In this document: positions 13,497-23,789 of the stretch, piece after piece
How the letters are laid out: every line of letters begins with the position of its first letter
Numbering within the stretch: position 1 is the first letter of the stretch
NCBI GenBank assembly: GCA_951406725.2
Contig: OX597820.1
Coordinates: forward strand, 50,158,001 to 50,222,000
Direction: 5' to 3'
From: Octopus vulgaris
Taxonomy: Eukaryota
Length of the DNA: 64,000 bases
Translations under genes and position numbers: made by a program
Notes under the pieces: model-generated
Database searches by the model: none
Seen by the model: only the letters and a program-made list of their open reading frames with translations
What the model was told of the DNA's origin: nothing

Positions 13497-13709
13497 GGTT
13501 TCAAATGTTTCCATAAGAGCAGCAATTTTGAGGGAGTTGATGAGTCGATTACATCGACCCAAGAGTTTAACTGGTAATTATTTCCTCAACCTCGAAAGGA
13601 TGAAAGGTAAAGTCGACCTCGGTGGTATTTGAACTCAGAACGTCCCAACGGGTGAAATACCGCTAAGCATTTCCTCCGCGTGCTAAAGATTCTGCCAGCT
13701 CGCCACCTT
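13497..13709 (-). mobile_element. SINE family A
   Basis: gaaaggatgaaaggtaaagtcgacctcgg..atttgaactcagaacg...ccagctcgccacc. Confidence 0.75.
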
Positions 13710-13724
13710 AATAATAATAGTACC

Positions 13725-13822
13725 AGTGTGGTGAGAAGCTTGCTTACCAACCACATGGTTCCAGGTTCAGTCCCACTGCGTGGCACCTTGGGCCGACCAA
13801 ATCCTTGTGAGTGGAAACCGTC

Positions 13823-13873
<51 letters not shown>

Positions 13874-14100
13874 TGTATTCGTATGTCTGTGTCTGTCACT
13901 CCCACCATCGCTTGACAGCCGATATTGTTGTGTTTACGTTCATGTAACTTAGCGTTTCGGCAAAAGACAGTGATAAAATAAGTACTAGGTTTACAAAGAA
14001 TAAGTCCTGCGGTCCACTTGTTAGACTAAAGGCGCGGTGCTCCAGCATGGCCGCAGTCAATGACTGAAATAAGTAAGAGATTAAGATAAAAGAATAATAA
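13725..14100 (+). mobile_element. SINE family D
   Basis: gtgtggtgagaagcttgcttaccaaccacatggttccaggttcagtccc...ggtgctccagcatggccgcagtc. Confidence 0.75.
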
Positions 14101-14457
14101 TAACAAGAGCACTCATAGAGCGCAAACCTACGCCGAGGAAACACCAACATCTTCTCAACGATTAGTCAGAGACGATTTTTAAAATGAAAAGATTTGAAGT
14201 AAACTCGACTGCTCTCACAAACAAGGATACTAAAAATGAACCCGACCGTTCTCAAAAGTTAAGTAAAAAATAAAAAAAAAACGAAAAATAATCCAGAATC
14301 TTTGTACCCGATCGTGTCAGTCACGAGGTCAAACATCACTGAAAGCTTCATTCGAATCCATCTAGTGGTTCTTGGGATATCTTATTCATGGACAAACAAG
14401 CAAACAAATGCGACCGAAAACAATATGTCCTCCGACTTCGCTAAGGCAGAGGTAATA

Positions 14458-14512
<55 letters not shown>

Positions 14513-14513
<1 letters not shown>

Positions 14514-15190
14514 TTCTGTCCTGTGCCTACACCAAACGAATATAAAAGTCGCCACGATAGGGACGGACAGTATTTACATTGGAAAATATGGAAACACTAC
14601 AAAATCAGCACTCCTGCTTACTGGTATGAACATCATCTTGATTCAGTCGTTGAAGGTAAAAAAATTACTATCCTCTGGGATTTTCCAGTCAACACTGACA
14701 GAACAATTCAAGATAATCGACCACACATAATTATCAAAGACGAGGAAGAAAATACTTGTTGATTAATAGACATAAGTGTTTCCACTGATAAAAATATATC
14801 TGTCAAGGAATTTGACAAACTAAGTAAATATAAGAACCTAAAAATTGAAATACAAAAGATGTAGCATCTTAAAACGCGAACTGTTCCTGTTATTTTAGGT
14901 GCACTAGATATGAGAATATAGGAATATCAGAAACATCTAGATAAGATCCCAGGAGAACCATGTCTCAGAGAAATCCAAAATATTGTACTGTCAAGAACTG
15001 CCCATAGCCTTAGAAAAAAACCCTGTCCATTTGAATGTCTGTTTCGTATTACATGAAGATATTTCGCTACCTCCCTTGCCCAAGATTTCAGTCATACTGT
15101 AGCATCTCTTATCCTTCACTCGCCCCAGGACGACGCTGCGAGTGTCTCGGCAAGTGACTGTAACACACATGCAGATTAAAAGTAAAATAA
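14513..15190 (+). mobile_element. 5'-truncated R4/Dong-clade non-LTR retrotransposon (restriction-like endonuclease domain plus 3' UTR)
   Basis: RHDR.GQYLHWKIWKHY...WYEH...ILWDFPVNTDRTIQDNRPHIII...LIDISVSTDKNISVKEFDKLSKYKNLKIEIQKM*HLKTRTVPVILGALD, with in-frame stops; abuts (TAA)n. Confidence 0.8.
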
Positions 15191-15221
15191 CAACAAAAAC
15201 AACGACAAAAACACCACCACC

Positions 15222-15253
<32 letters not shown>

Positions 15254-16854
15254 CAACAACACCAACAACAACAACAATGATAATAATAATAATGCTGATA
15301 ATAATAATTCATAGGGTGTTTTATTGGTAGAATCGGTAAAATAAAAGACAAAATGATCTATCGTATTTAAATAATTCCATTTGTATTGACGAAGGTGAGT
15401 TTGCCTATCATCCTTCCGAAACGCATTAGTGTTGGTGTACATTCGAGCAATTGTACACGTAATCCAATAAATGCAATCTTGTTCCTAATTTGGAAGTACT
15501 TATTGTGACTCATTTATAAAGGAAGCGGATGTTGTCAGGTCTAGTTGAATAGCAGGTGAATTGTATTACAGTGTTTAGTTACGTCACTTAACGGGTCTCA
15601 TTATTCAGTTCCACAAAGATTTTTGTTGTTGCTATAGTTGTTGCTATTATTATTTGTATTAGTGACATATTGAATATCACAGGAGATATATTCTCGAACT
15701 TATAACACGTATAAAAGGTCGTAACCAAAAGCAAGTCATCATCAGAGATTCGTATCTATCACATAAAGGAACAATTCCGGAGAAAATCCATAATTCTCTC
15801 GCAAGCTCTAAATATATTGAATGTGTATGTATTAGAATATAACAAAAATAGTTCCCCATCACTTCCGACGATAAATATTCCGTTGCTTGATCCATTGAAC
15901 TGTCAGGTCATTGAATAGCCATGTAAGTGACTAACTATTACATACCACTGAATCGCATACTATTTAACGTAATTCTAGGAGTGATACTATATAGTAAAAC
16001 TTGTTCTATACATTAAAAGTATAAACAGACGAGCTTTCTTGCACGCTAACTACTACAATATGCGATTCAAGAGTCTCCGTGGAGTTGTGGAGGTTAGAGC
16101 AATGGCAAAAAAGCCTAACCCATGATATAATACCGTGTGGACGGAGTCGGGATTTTATGAATTTAAAGCGAATTTCTTACCCATTTGTCCTGGTTCCCTT
16201 CACACACCACGGATTTTTGTCAGTGAACAGGTCGCGGTCTTAAAGCGACGAAAATATTTTGACAAATTAAACTTAAATGTTGAAGTGAATCGAACGGCTT
16301 TTGTGTGTTTCTTAAATGGCTTACAAACACCTTCCACGCTGCAATTGTATATATATATCTTTATTTATATAAAACTGAGAATGTGTGTCTGTGTGTCTGT
16401 CTGTCAGTGTGTTTCCCTAAAACTTGAGAACTACACAACCAATTTCATTCAAATTTTACACATGTCTTACTTAGGGTCCATGTAGTTTCATGGGCAAAAA
16501 AATGTTCAACTTCTTGCCTAGAGCAAGCCCATAGCAATATCATATCTTCTCCACTATTTCAGTATTACGTGTTAAAAGTTAAACAAAAACATTTCTCTAT
16601 TTTATGTCAGATACTTTCACTTTAACAATAAAAATAATAATAACAATTGAATTATATATAGTAAGTAATAATTAAAATCAAACTAAAGTATAATATATAA
16701 TCGTAACATAACAGAAGTAAAAATAGCAATTGGTATAAAATTGCATCAATGACTTGAACTTGAATAAGTGGTTTCACATGAATGAGAATAAATTAAAAAT
16801 AAAATTAGCGTGCAGAAATGGAATAGTCCAGATGGATAATAAAAAATTAAATTA

Positions 16855-16901
16855 AAGAAAAGACTATTGTCTATAAAGTATACAATGTAGAGAAAAAAGG
16901 T
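16855..16901 (+). pseudogene. Left half of an older ORF1 relative (KEKTIVYKVYNVEKKG)
   Basis: Colinear with DKRTIVYRVCANERKR of the young ORF1. Confidence 0.55.
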
Positions 16902-16918
16902 CGTTTTTTTTCGGCTCC

Positions 16919-18652
16919 GTGTTTTTTTTTCGGCTCCTGAAAATTCGGTAAAAAAGAACAAAAAAGGTTGTTGTTGTTGTGGAAATTCTGAACGGCGTTG
17001 ACGCGGTTTCGCGTTTCGCTCGTTCAGCGCGTTACACTTTTTCTGTTTTGGCGGCCGTTTTCGGTCTGTCAGACAGAAGGAAATGGACTATGAGTCTCTA
17101 ACAGACTTGTCCACGACGGATGAGGAACTGGAACAGGCAATTGCAGTGAAGCTGATGGAGGAAAAGGCTGGAGTTTTCGAGTCTTTATCGGACTTGTCTA
17201 CGTCTGAGGAGGAGCTAGAAATGGCAGTGAGGAAAATGGATCAGAAGCTGGGTTATACCTATGCCGGTGTAACCAGGAGGGCGGAGGAGAAAGGGGTCGA
17301 CATGGCCAAGTTGCCAAGTTACCAGAAATACATGGAAAAGGAAAGCGGTGAGGTGGAACTATCACCGACACCCAGGAGAAAAGAATGGTATGACAAGAGG
17401 ACCATTGTTTACAGGGTGTGCGCAAACGAAAGGAAGAGGGTAGAAGTTGTATCCATGGAATGGATAGAGGAAGCCCTGCGAAGAACTGAGGAGGAAATAA
17501 ATTTTCTGACTCGAGGATCCAAGTACGGGACCGTAGTTGTGCACTTTAAAAGTGAATCTGCAGCGAGGAAGATGGCAGCGAAGGCGGTGAAGTCGGAAAA
17601 GGTAACACTGTTACCTACGTATTTAAACAGGAGGATTACACGAATAAGGGTGGAGGGAGTGCCACCAAACGTGGAGGCAGAATGGATTGTGGCGGCTGTG
17701 ATCAGCGGCCACGAGGACGAAGTGGATATTCTCCATGCCTCGGTTAAGTCCGAGGGCTGGAGAGGCGTAACAGTGGAGCTGAACGTACAGGCAGAGACCG
17801 AGGTACTGGTGGACCTGACGGAAAGCATCAGACTGGGAGAAGTGATCATGAGAGTGTGGGTGGAGGGCAGGGCTCCACGTTGTTACAAGTGTGGCCTGAG
17901 GGGTCACATAAGAGCCTTCTGCCCTCCCCAGGGAAAGAAATGGATCCCGAACCAGAGAGAGAGAAGCAGAAACCAGAGGAGAAGGAAACAGAGGAAGAGA
18001 ATACACAGAAATGGAAGGAAGCTGGAAGTAAGAGGAAGAGAAGAATATGTGGAAAAAAAGAAAATAATATGGAACTCCAATCTACCCCAAAACCTCCCAC
18101 ATCCTCTGAGTCCCACCCTATCCATGCAGACATTGAACCCACCCGCTCCCCCCCAACAAGAAAACAAAAAAAAAAAAAGAATACACACACACAAGAGATT
18201 GAAATCGAACCCAGGCCGTACATTTGTACTATGACTGAACAGAGGGAAGTTAAAAGTCTAATGGAAGAGTATAAACGGTATGATGTTGGAGAGACTAGGT
18301 ATGCTGTGATTGAAAAAAAGAACATAGGTGAGTTTATGGGGAGGTGTGAAAGGGAGAATTGGGAGGTGAAAGATATAAGAATGAGCGATGAATTCGTGGA
18401 AAATATGAATGAGTATTTCGGAGTAAGAATGGATATGGAATTTATTCGTATTGGCAAAGAACATTCAAGTGACTATGAAAAACAAAGGACAGGTAAGTGA
18501 TGCTGACGGACGGGGCCGTTGGTATCGCTTTCATTTTATCATTTTTTCGTTTAACACTTCATGTTCATATAGTTTAATTATAATGTTCTATGTCCCCATG
18601 TTTTGTGATGTCCGGCACTCTTCGTAGCCCCTTAGTGGGTAATAAAGAAATA
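16919..18652 (+). mobile_element. ORF1-only non-LTR retroelement, copy 1 (HAL1-like)
   Basis: About 1.73-kb unit: T-rich 5' end, one gag-like ORF, 3' tail tagccccttagtgggtAATAAAgaaata; near-identical to 18653-20383. Confidence 0.8.
17083..18500 (+). CDS. LINE ORF1/gag-like nucleic-acid-binding protein, about 472 aa, one frameshift near 17925
   Basis: RRM-like region plus CX2CX4HX4C knuckle CYKCGLRGHIRAFC (17881-17922); a poly-C run one C shorter than in copy 2 splits it into track ORFs 17083-18234 and 17856-18500. Confidence 0.8.
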
Positions 18653-20383
18653 CGTTTTTTTTCGGCTCCTGAAATTCGGTAAAAAAGAACAAAAAGCGTT
18701 GTTGTTGTTGTGGAAATTCTGAACGGCGTTGACGCGGTTTCGCGTTTCGCTCGTTCAGCGCGTTACACTTTTTCTGTTTTGGCGGCCGTTCTCGGTCTGT
18801 CAGACAGAAGGAAATGGACTATGAGTCTCTAACAGACTTGTCCACGACAGATGAGGAACTGGAACAGGCAATTGCAATGAAGCTGATGGAAGAAAAGGCT
18901 GGAATTTTCGAGTCTTTATCAGACCTGCCTACGTCTGAGAAAGAGCTAGAAATGGCAGCAAGGAATTTGGAAGAGAAGCTGGGTTATACCTATGCCGGTG
19001 TAACCAAGAAGGCGGAAGAGAAAGGGGTAGACATGGCCAAGTTGCCAAGTTACCAGAAATACATGAAAAAGGAAAGCGGTGAGGTGGAACTATCACCGAC
19101 ACCCAGGAGAAAGGAATGGTATGATAAGAGGACCATTATTTACAGGGTGTTCGCAAACGAAAGGAAGAGGGTAGAAGTTGTAACCATGGAATGGATAGAG
19201 GAGGCCCTGCGAAGAACTGAGGAGGAAATAAATTTTCTGACTCGAGGATCCAAGTACGGTACCGTAGTTGTGCATTTCAAAACTGAGTCTGCAGCGAGGA
19301 AGATGGCGGCGAAGGCGGTGAAGTCAGAAAAGGTAACCCTATTACCTACGTATTTAAACAGGAGGATTACACGAATAAGGGTGGAGGGAGTGCCACCAAA
19401 CGTGGAGGCAGAATGGATTGTGGCGGCTGTGATCAGCGGCCACGAGGACGAAGTGGATATTCTCCATGCCTCGGTTAAGTCCGAGGGCTGGAGAGGCGTA
19501 ACGGTGGAGCTGAACGTACAGGCAGAGACCGAGGTACTGGTGGACCTGACGGAAAGCATCAGACTGGGAGACGTGATCATGAGAGTGTGGGTGGAGGGCA
19601 GGGCTCCACGTTGTTACAAGTGTGGCCTGAGGGGTCACATAAGAGCCTTCTGCCCTCCCCCAGGGAAAGAAATGGATTCCGAACCAGAGAGAGAGAAGCA
19701 GAAACCAGAGGAGAAGGAAACAGAGGAAGAGAATACACAGAAATGGAAGGAAGCTGGAAGTAAGAGGAAGAGAAGAATACGTGGAAAAAAAGAAAATAAT
19801 ATGGAACTCCAATCTACCCCAAAACCACCCACACCCTCTGAGTCCCACCCTATCCATGCAGACATTGAACCCACCCGCTCCCCCCCAACAAGAAAACAAA
19901 AGAAAAAAAGAATACACACACACAAGAGATTGAAATCGAACCCAGGCCGTACATTTGTACTATGACTGAACAGAAAGAAGTTAAAAGTCTAATGGAAGAG
20001 TATAAATGGTATGATGTTGGAGAGACTAGGTATGCTGTGATTGAAAAGAAGAACATAGGTGAGTTTATGGGGAGGTGTGAAAGGGAGAATTGGGAGGTGA
20101 AAGATATAAGAATGAGCGATGAATTCGTGGAAAATATGGATGAGTATTTCGGAGTAAGAATGGATATGGAATTTATTCGTATTGACAAAGAACATTCAAG
20201 TGACTATGAAAAACAAAGGACAGGTAAGTGATGCTGACGGACGGGGCCGTTGGTATCGCTTTCATTTTATCATTTTTTTCGTTTAACAATTCATTTTCAT
20301 AAAGTTTAATTATAATGTTCTATGTCCCCATGTTTTGTTATGTCCGCCATTCTTCGTAGCCCCTTAGTGGGTAATAAAGAAAT
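18653..20383 (+). mobile_element. ORF1-only non-LTR retroelement, copy 2
   Basis: Direct repeat of copy 1 at 1731-bp offset, same 5' end and AATAAA tail. Confidence 0.8.
18814..20231 (+). CDS. LINE ORF1/gag-like protein, about 472 aa, one frameshift near 19905
   Basis: CCHC knuckle at 19612-19653; an A-rich run one base shorter than in copy 1 splits it into track ORFs 18814-19965 and 19962-20231. Confidence 0.8.
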
Positions 20384-20680
20384 CACATGGAGGAAAGCAC
20401 CTTCGAAAAGTGTCTTGGTGCGACTATGAAAGATATCTAATCAGAGGCGGTAAATTCGCCACAATAGAAGCAAGGTTCGAGTCAACGGAGCGTGCAAGGG
20501 AGTACTCGACTCGAACTTGCAAAGTGAAAATATTTTATTTTTACCTTTATATCTGGGACGTAGGACGTCCCGGATAAAAATTTAAAATGTTCCCCCCCCG
20601 GAAGTAGAGGTAGGCTTGATTGTAGCCACACTTCTATACACGAGGGAGGACAAAATACAATTGATCGAAATTACAAGAGA
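20384..20680 (+). pseudogene. Right half of the older, decayed ORF1 relative
   Basis: Frameshifted MEESTFEKCL..YLIRGGKFATIEARFESTERARE..LQSENILFLPLYLGRRTSRIKI*NVPPPEVEVGLIVA aligns to FLTRGSKYGTVVVHFKSESAARK..VKSEKVTLLPTYLNRRITRIRVEGVPPNVEAEWIVA. Confidence 0.7.
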
Positions 20681-20875
20681 CGGGCTAACAATTCCAGTCT
20701 GTTATATATTTTGAGTATTGTTATCACTAGCGATAACAAGATATAACTTTGTATTTTGTATTTCATGTGTAGATGTATATATATATATAGATGTACATGT
20801 AATATGTACACATATATAAACACATATATACATGCACTAGCACTATGACCCGGCAACGACGGGTCTGTAATGCTA

Positions 20876-20928
<53 letters not shown>

Positions 20929-20931
<3 letters not shown>

Positions 20932-21500
20932 AATAAGACAAGGCTGAAAATGCTTAAATAATTTATAATGAAATACATTTTGTAATGGTTAATAACGGTT
21001 TCAGAGTTTTCGACTTTTTCAGCAAAGTGATGAAATGAAATATTTTGTAAATATTTCCTTAGTCTTCAAATAGATAGGATAGCCGCTACTACAGCGTCAC
21101 ACCATTCCCATCGTTTCCTCCCCCTCCTCATTTCCCTCCTCCTTCTTTACCTCCTCCTTGCTCGGCTGCTGCTGTTTAAATCACTAAACTTCTGAACCAA
21201 ATATTTCTCTGCACACATAAACACTCTTTCTTCAGATCTGCTACTACCTACCGAGCCTCCATAAAGGAAAAGAAAGAGACAGAAAAAAGAAAATGTGCTG
21301 CCTATTTGAAGACCATGGAAATATTTACAAAACATTTCATTTAATGTTTTCTTCAATTTAATTGTTTTTCTTATTAATTAATATCCACCTTTGTTTTACT
21401 CTTTGTTGACGAAGTCGAAAAGGCTGAAACCGGTACTAACTGTTACAAAATATATTTCATGATAAAATCATTTAAGCATTTTCTATCTTGTCTTATTTTC
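20929..21500. mobile_element. Inverted-repeat element (Penelope pLTR-like)
   Basis: Arms about 20929-21080 and 21297-21500 are reverse complements; hammerhead-like motif at 21403-21438. Confidence 0.55.
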
Positions 21501-21546
21501 ATTATATATATAGATATATCAACTCGTATGTTACTTTTCAACCTTC

Positions 21547-21644
<98 letters not shown>

Positions 21645-21713
21645 CATACATATATAAATATATACATATATATATATACACACACATATATATATATACA
21701 TATATATATACTT

Positions 21714-21755
<42 letters not shown>

Positions 21756-22874
21756 TGTGTGTGTATGTATTTGTGTGTATGTATTTGTGTGTGTGTGTGT
21801 GTGTTTGTATGGCGTATGTACACATATATATGGTAAGCGAATTAAAAACCTGTAGAAGGAGAATCGGCACGTAGGATTGGAGAATGCGTAAAGACGAGTT
21901 GGAAGATTTTGTCTTCCGAGGCATATCACCATGCAGATAAAACCATCAAATCCATGCCTAATCCCATTCAAGGGAAAATTTTTTTTCTCCTATCAGTTCG
22001 TGTCATAGAATGTGGATTCAACTCAATAAATAGAAGAAGGTTTGAATAATTCTGATTTCTGGTTCAACTTAAGCACGTTACTTGTATGGAATATAACATA
22101 ATTTGCTGAAGGTCTTGCATCAAATCTTTCACGTCTTCATGCCGGTTCACAGTTCAATGAACTGCTATGCAACTATACACGAGCTTTCGAAAATATCTCA
22201 CAGGCTTATATAAAAGTGAGGTTTAAGATGGGAGTATAGAAGTATTATCATCAGCTAATGGAATTAATAATCTCTTGATGTATAGAAAATGGAATAAATA
22301 GGAATCTGATAGAAACTTTAGAATTCGTGTGATTTCCTTTCATTGCATTTTGGGAATTTTATTCAATTAATTTTCACCAATCAAGACAGCTATGAATTTA
22401 TCGGTTTTTAATCATTTTAATTATTTCTGACATACACAATGTAAACTGAAAAATGTAGTCAATTCAATTGAGTCCAACTCGAGGTATTACTGGTGCTGGC
22501 TTAGCAAACGATATGAAGAAAAAGTAAAGTTTACCTGGGTAGGAAAGGATAACAGAGAGCAGTATAATCTCATTAATTTTATCACGGATTTTTACACCAC
22601 CAAGATATAAACTCACTTTTTTACAGAGAAAGGATTGGGTTATGACGTGATGTGAAAGCATTTTGCTATCTTTGACTTTGAGCTTTGCCGATAGAATACA
22701 TATTACTGCGTATCAGCAAAATACACTACAACTTCGGAATTTGTCTGTGATTTCAAATCCACTGATGAAGGTTACACCCAGTAATGTATACATACAGGTT
22801 GATGAGCGCGTACATACATACATACATACATACATACATGCATACATACATACGTATATGTGTGTGTGTGTGTG

Positions 22875-23255
22875 TGGAGGAGCAATGTCCCAGTGGTTAG
22901 GGCAGCGGACTCGTGGTCGTAGGATCGCAGTTTCGATTCCCAGACCGAGCGTTGTGAGTGTTTATTGAGCGAAAACACCTAAAGCTCCACGAGGCTACGG
23001 CAGGTGGGGGTAGCGAACCCTACTGTGCTATTTCATCACAACTTCATCTCATCCTTTCTTCCTGTTTCTGTTGTACCTGTATTTCAAAGGGCCAGCCTTC
23101 TCACACTCTGTGTCACGCTGAATCTCCCCGAGAACTAATTTAAGTGTGCACGTATCTGTGGAGTGCCCAGCCACATGCACATTAATTTCACGAGCAGGCT
23201 GTTCCGTTGATAGGATCAACTGGAACTCTCGTCGTCGTAACCGACGAAGTGCCAC
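22875..23255 (+). mobile_element. SINE family C
   Basis: ggaggagcaatgtcccagtggttagggcagcggactc...gtcgtaaccgacgaagtgcc. Confidence 0.85.
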
Positions 23256-23755
23256 GATATATATATATACATATATATGTGTGTGTGTGTCTGTCTGTCT
23301 GTCTGTGTATGTATTCTGTAAATAATAATAATAGTATTTTATAAGCTTAAAGATTATAAGCGATCACCGCGCAATGACTAAAGAAAATAGTCTAATAATG
23401 GGACATATAAGGCCTCGACAGAAAAATAGTAGGTTTTTCCGTATACGTGGAAATCGACACTGCTTAACAAAACGCTGATAATATGAGTGGGTTATATTAT
23501 TTTAGAGAGCCAACCAATTTTTGAAAGACATGTACCTCATATGAAGCATGAAATACCAATTACATTTTCTGTGTGTATTATCACTGATATGCAGCTCAGA
23601 TTACTTTCACTAGTTTATTTGCTAATATGATGATTATCTTTAAACCGCTTCAAGCATACAACGGTAGTATTGAACAGCTACCAAGCACAAAAATTTGTGT
23701 AACTAGTCGCACCTATCCATACATACATACGTACGTACGTACATACATACATACA

Positions 23756-23789
<34 letters not shown>

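Larger units (their letters stand above)
16358..20876 (+). mobile_element. Putative non-autonomous Helitron enclosing the ORF1 cluster
   Basis: 5' a|TC tttatttatataaaactgagaatgtgtgtctgt; 3' hairpin gacccg-gcaacga-cgggtc (20847-20865) then CTAG|t; both ends lie in (TA)n with no TSD. Confidence 0.5.

Noticed and set aside
16993-17033. Minus-strand CTGAACGA-GC-GAAA-CGCG aaac CGCG-TC resembling a hammerhead
   Set aside because: No stem II loop, an extra core base and no adjacent stem I; explained by the plus-strand hairpin
17198-20195. Antisense ORFs overlapping the ORF1 copies (146, 203, 189 aa etc.)
   Set aside because: Shadow frames of a purine-rich coding strand with no motifs
21870-21975. 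Peptide [28 protein letters not shown] resembling a Tc1 transposase C-terminus
   Set aside because: Too short and degenerate, no TIR found
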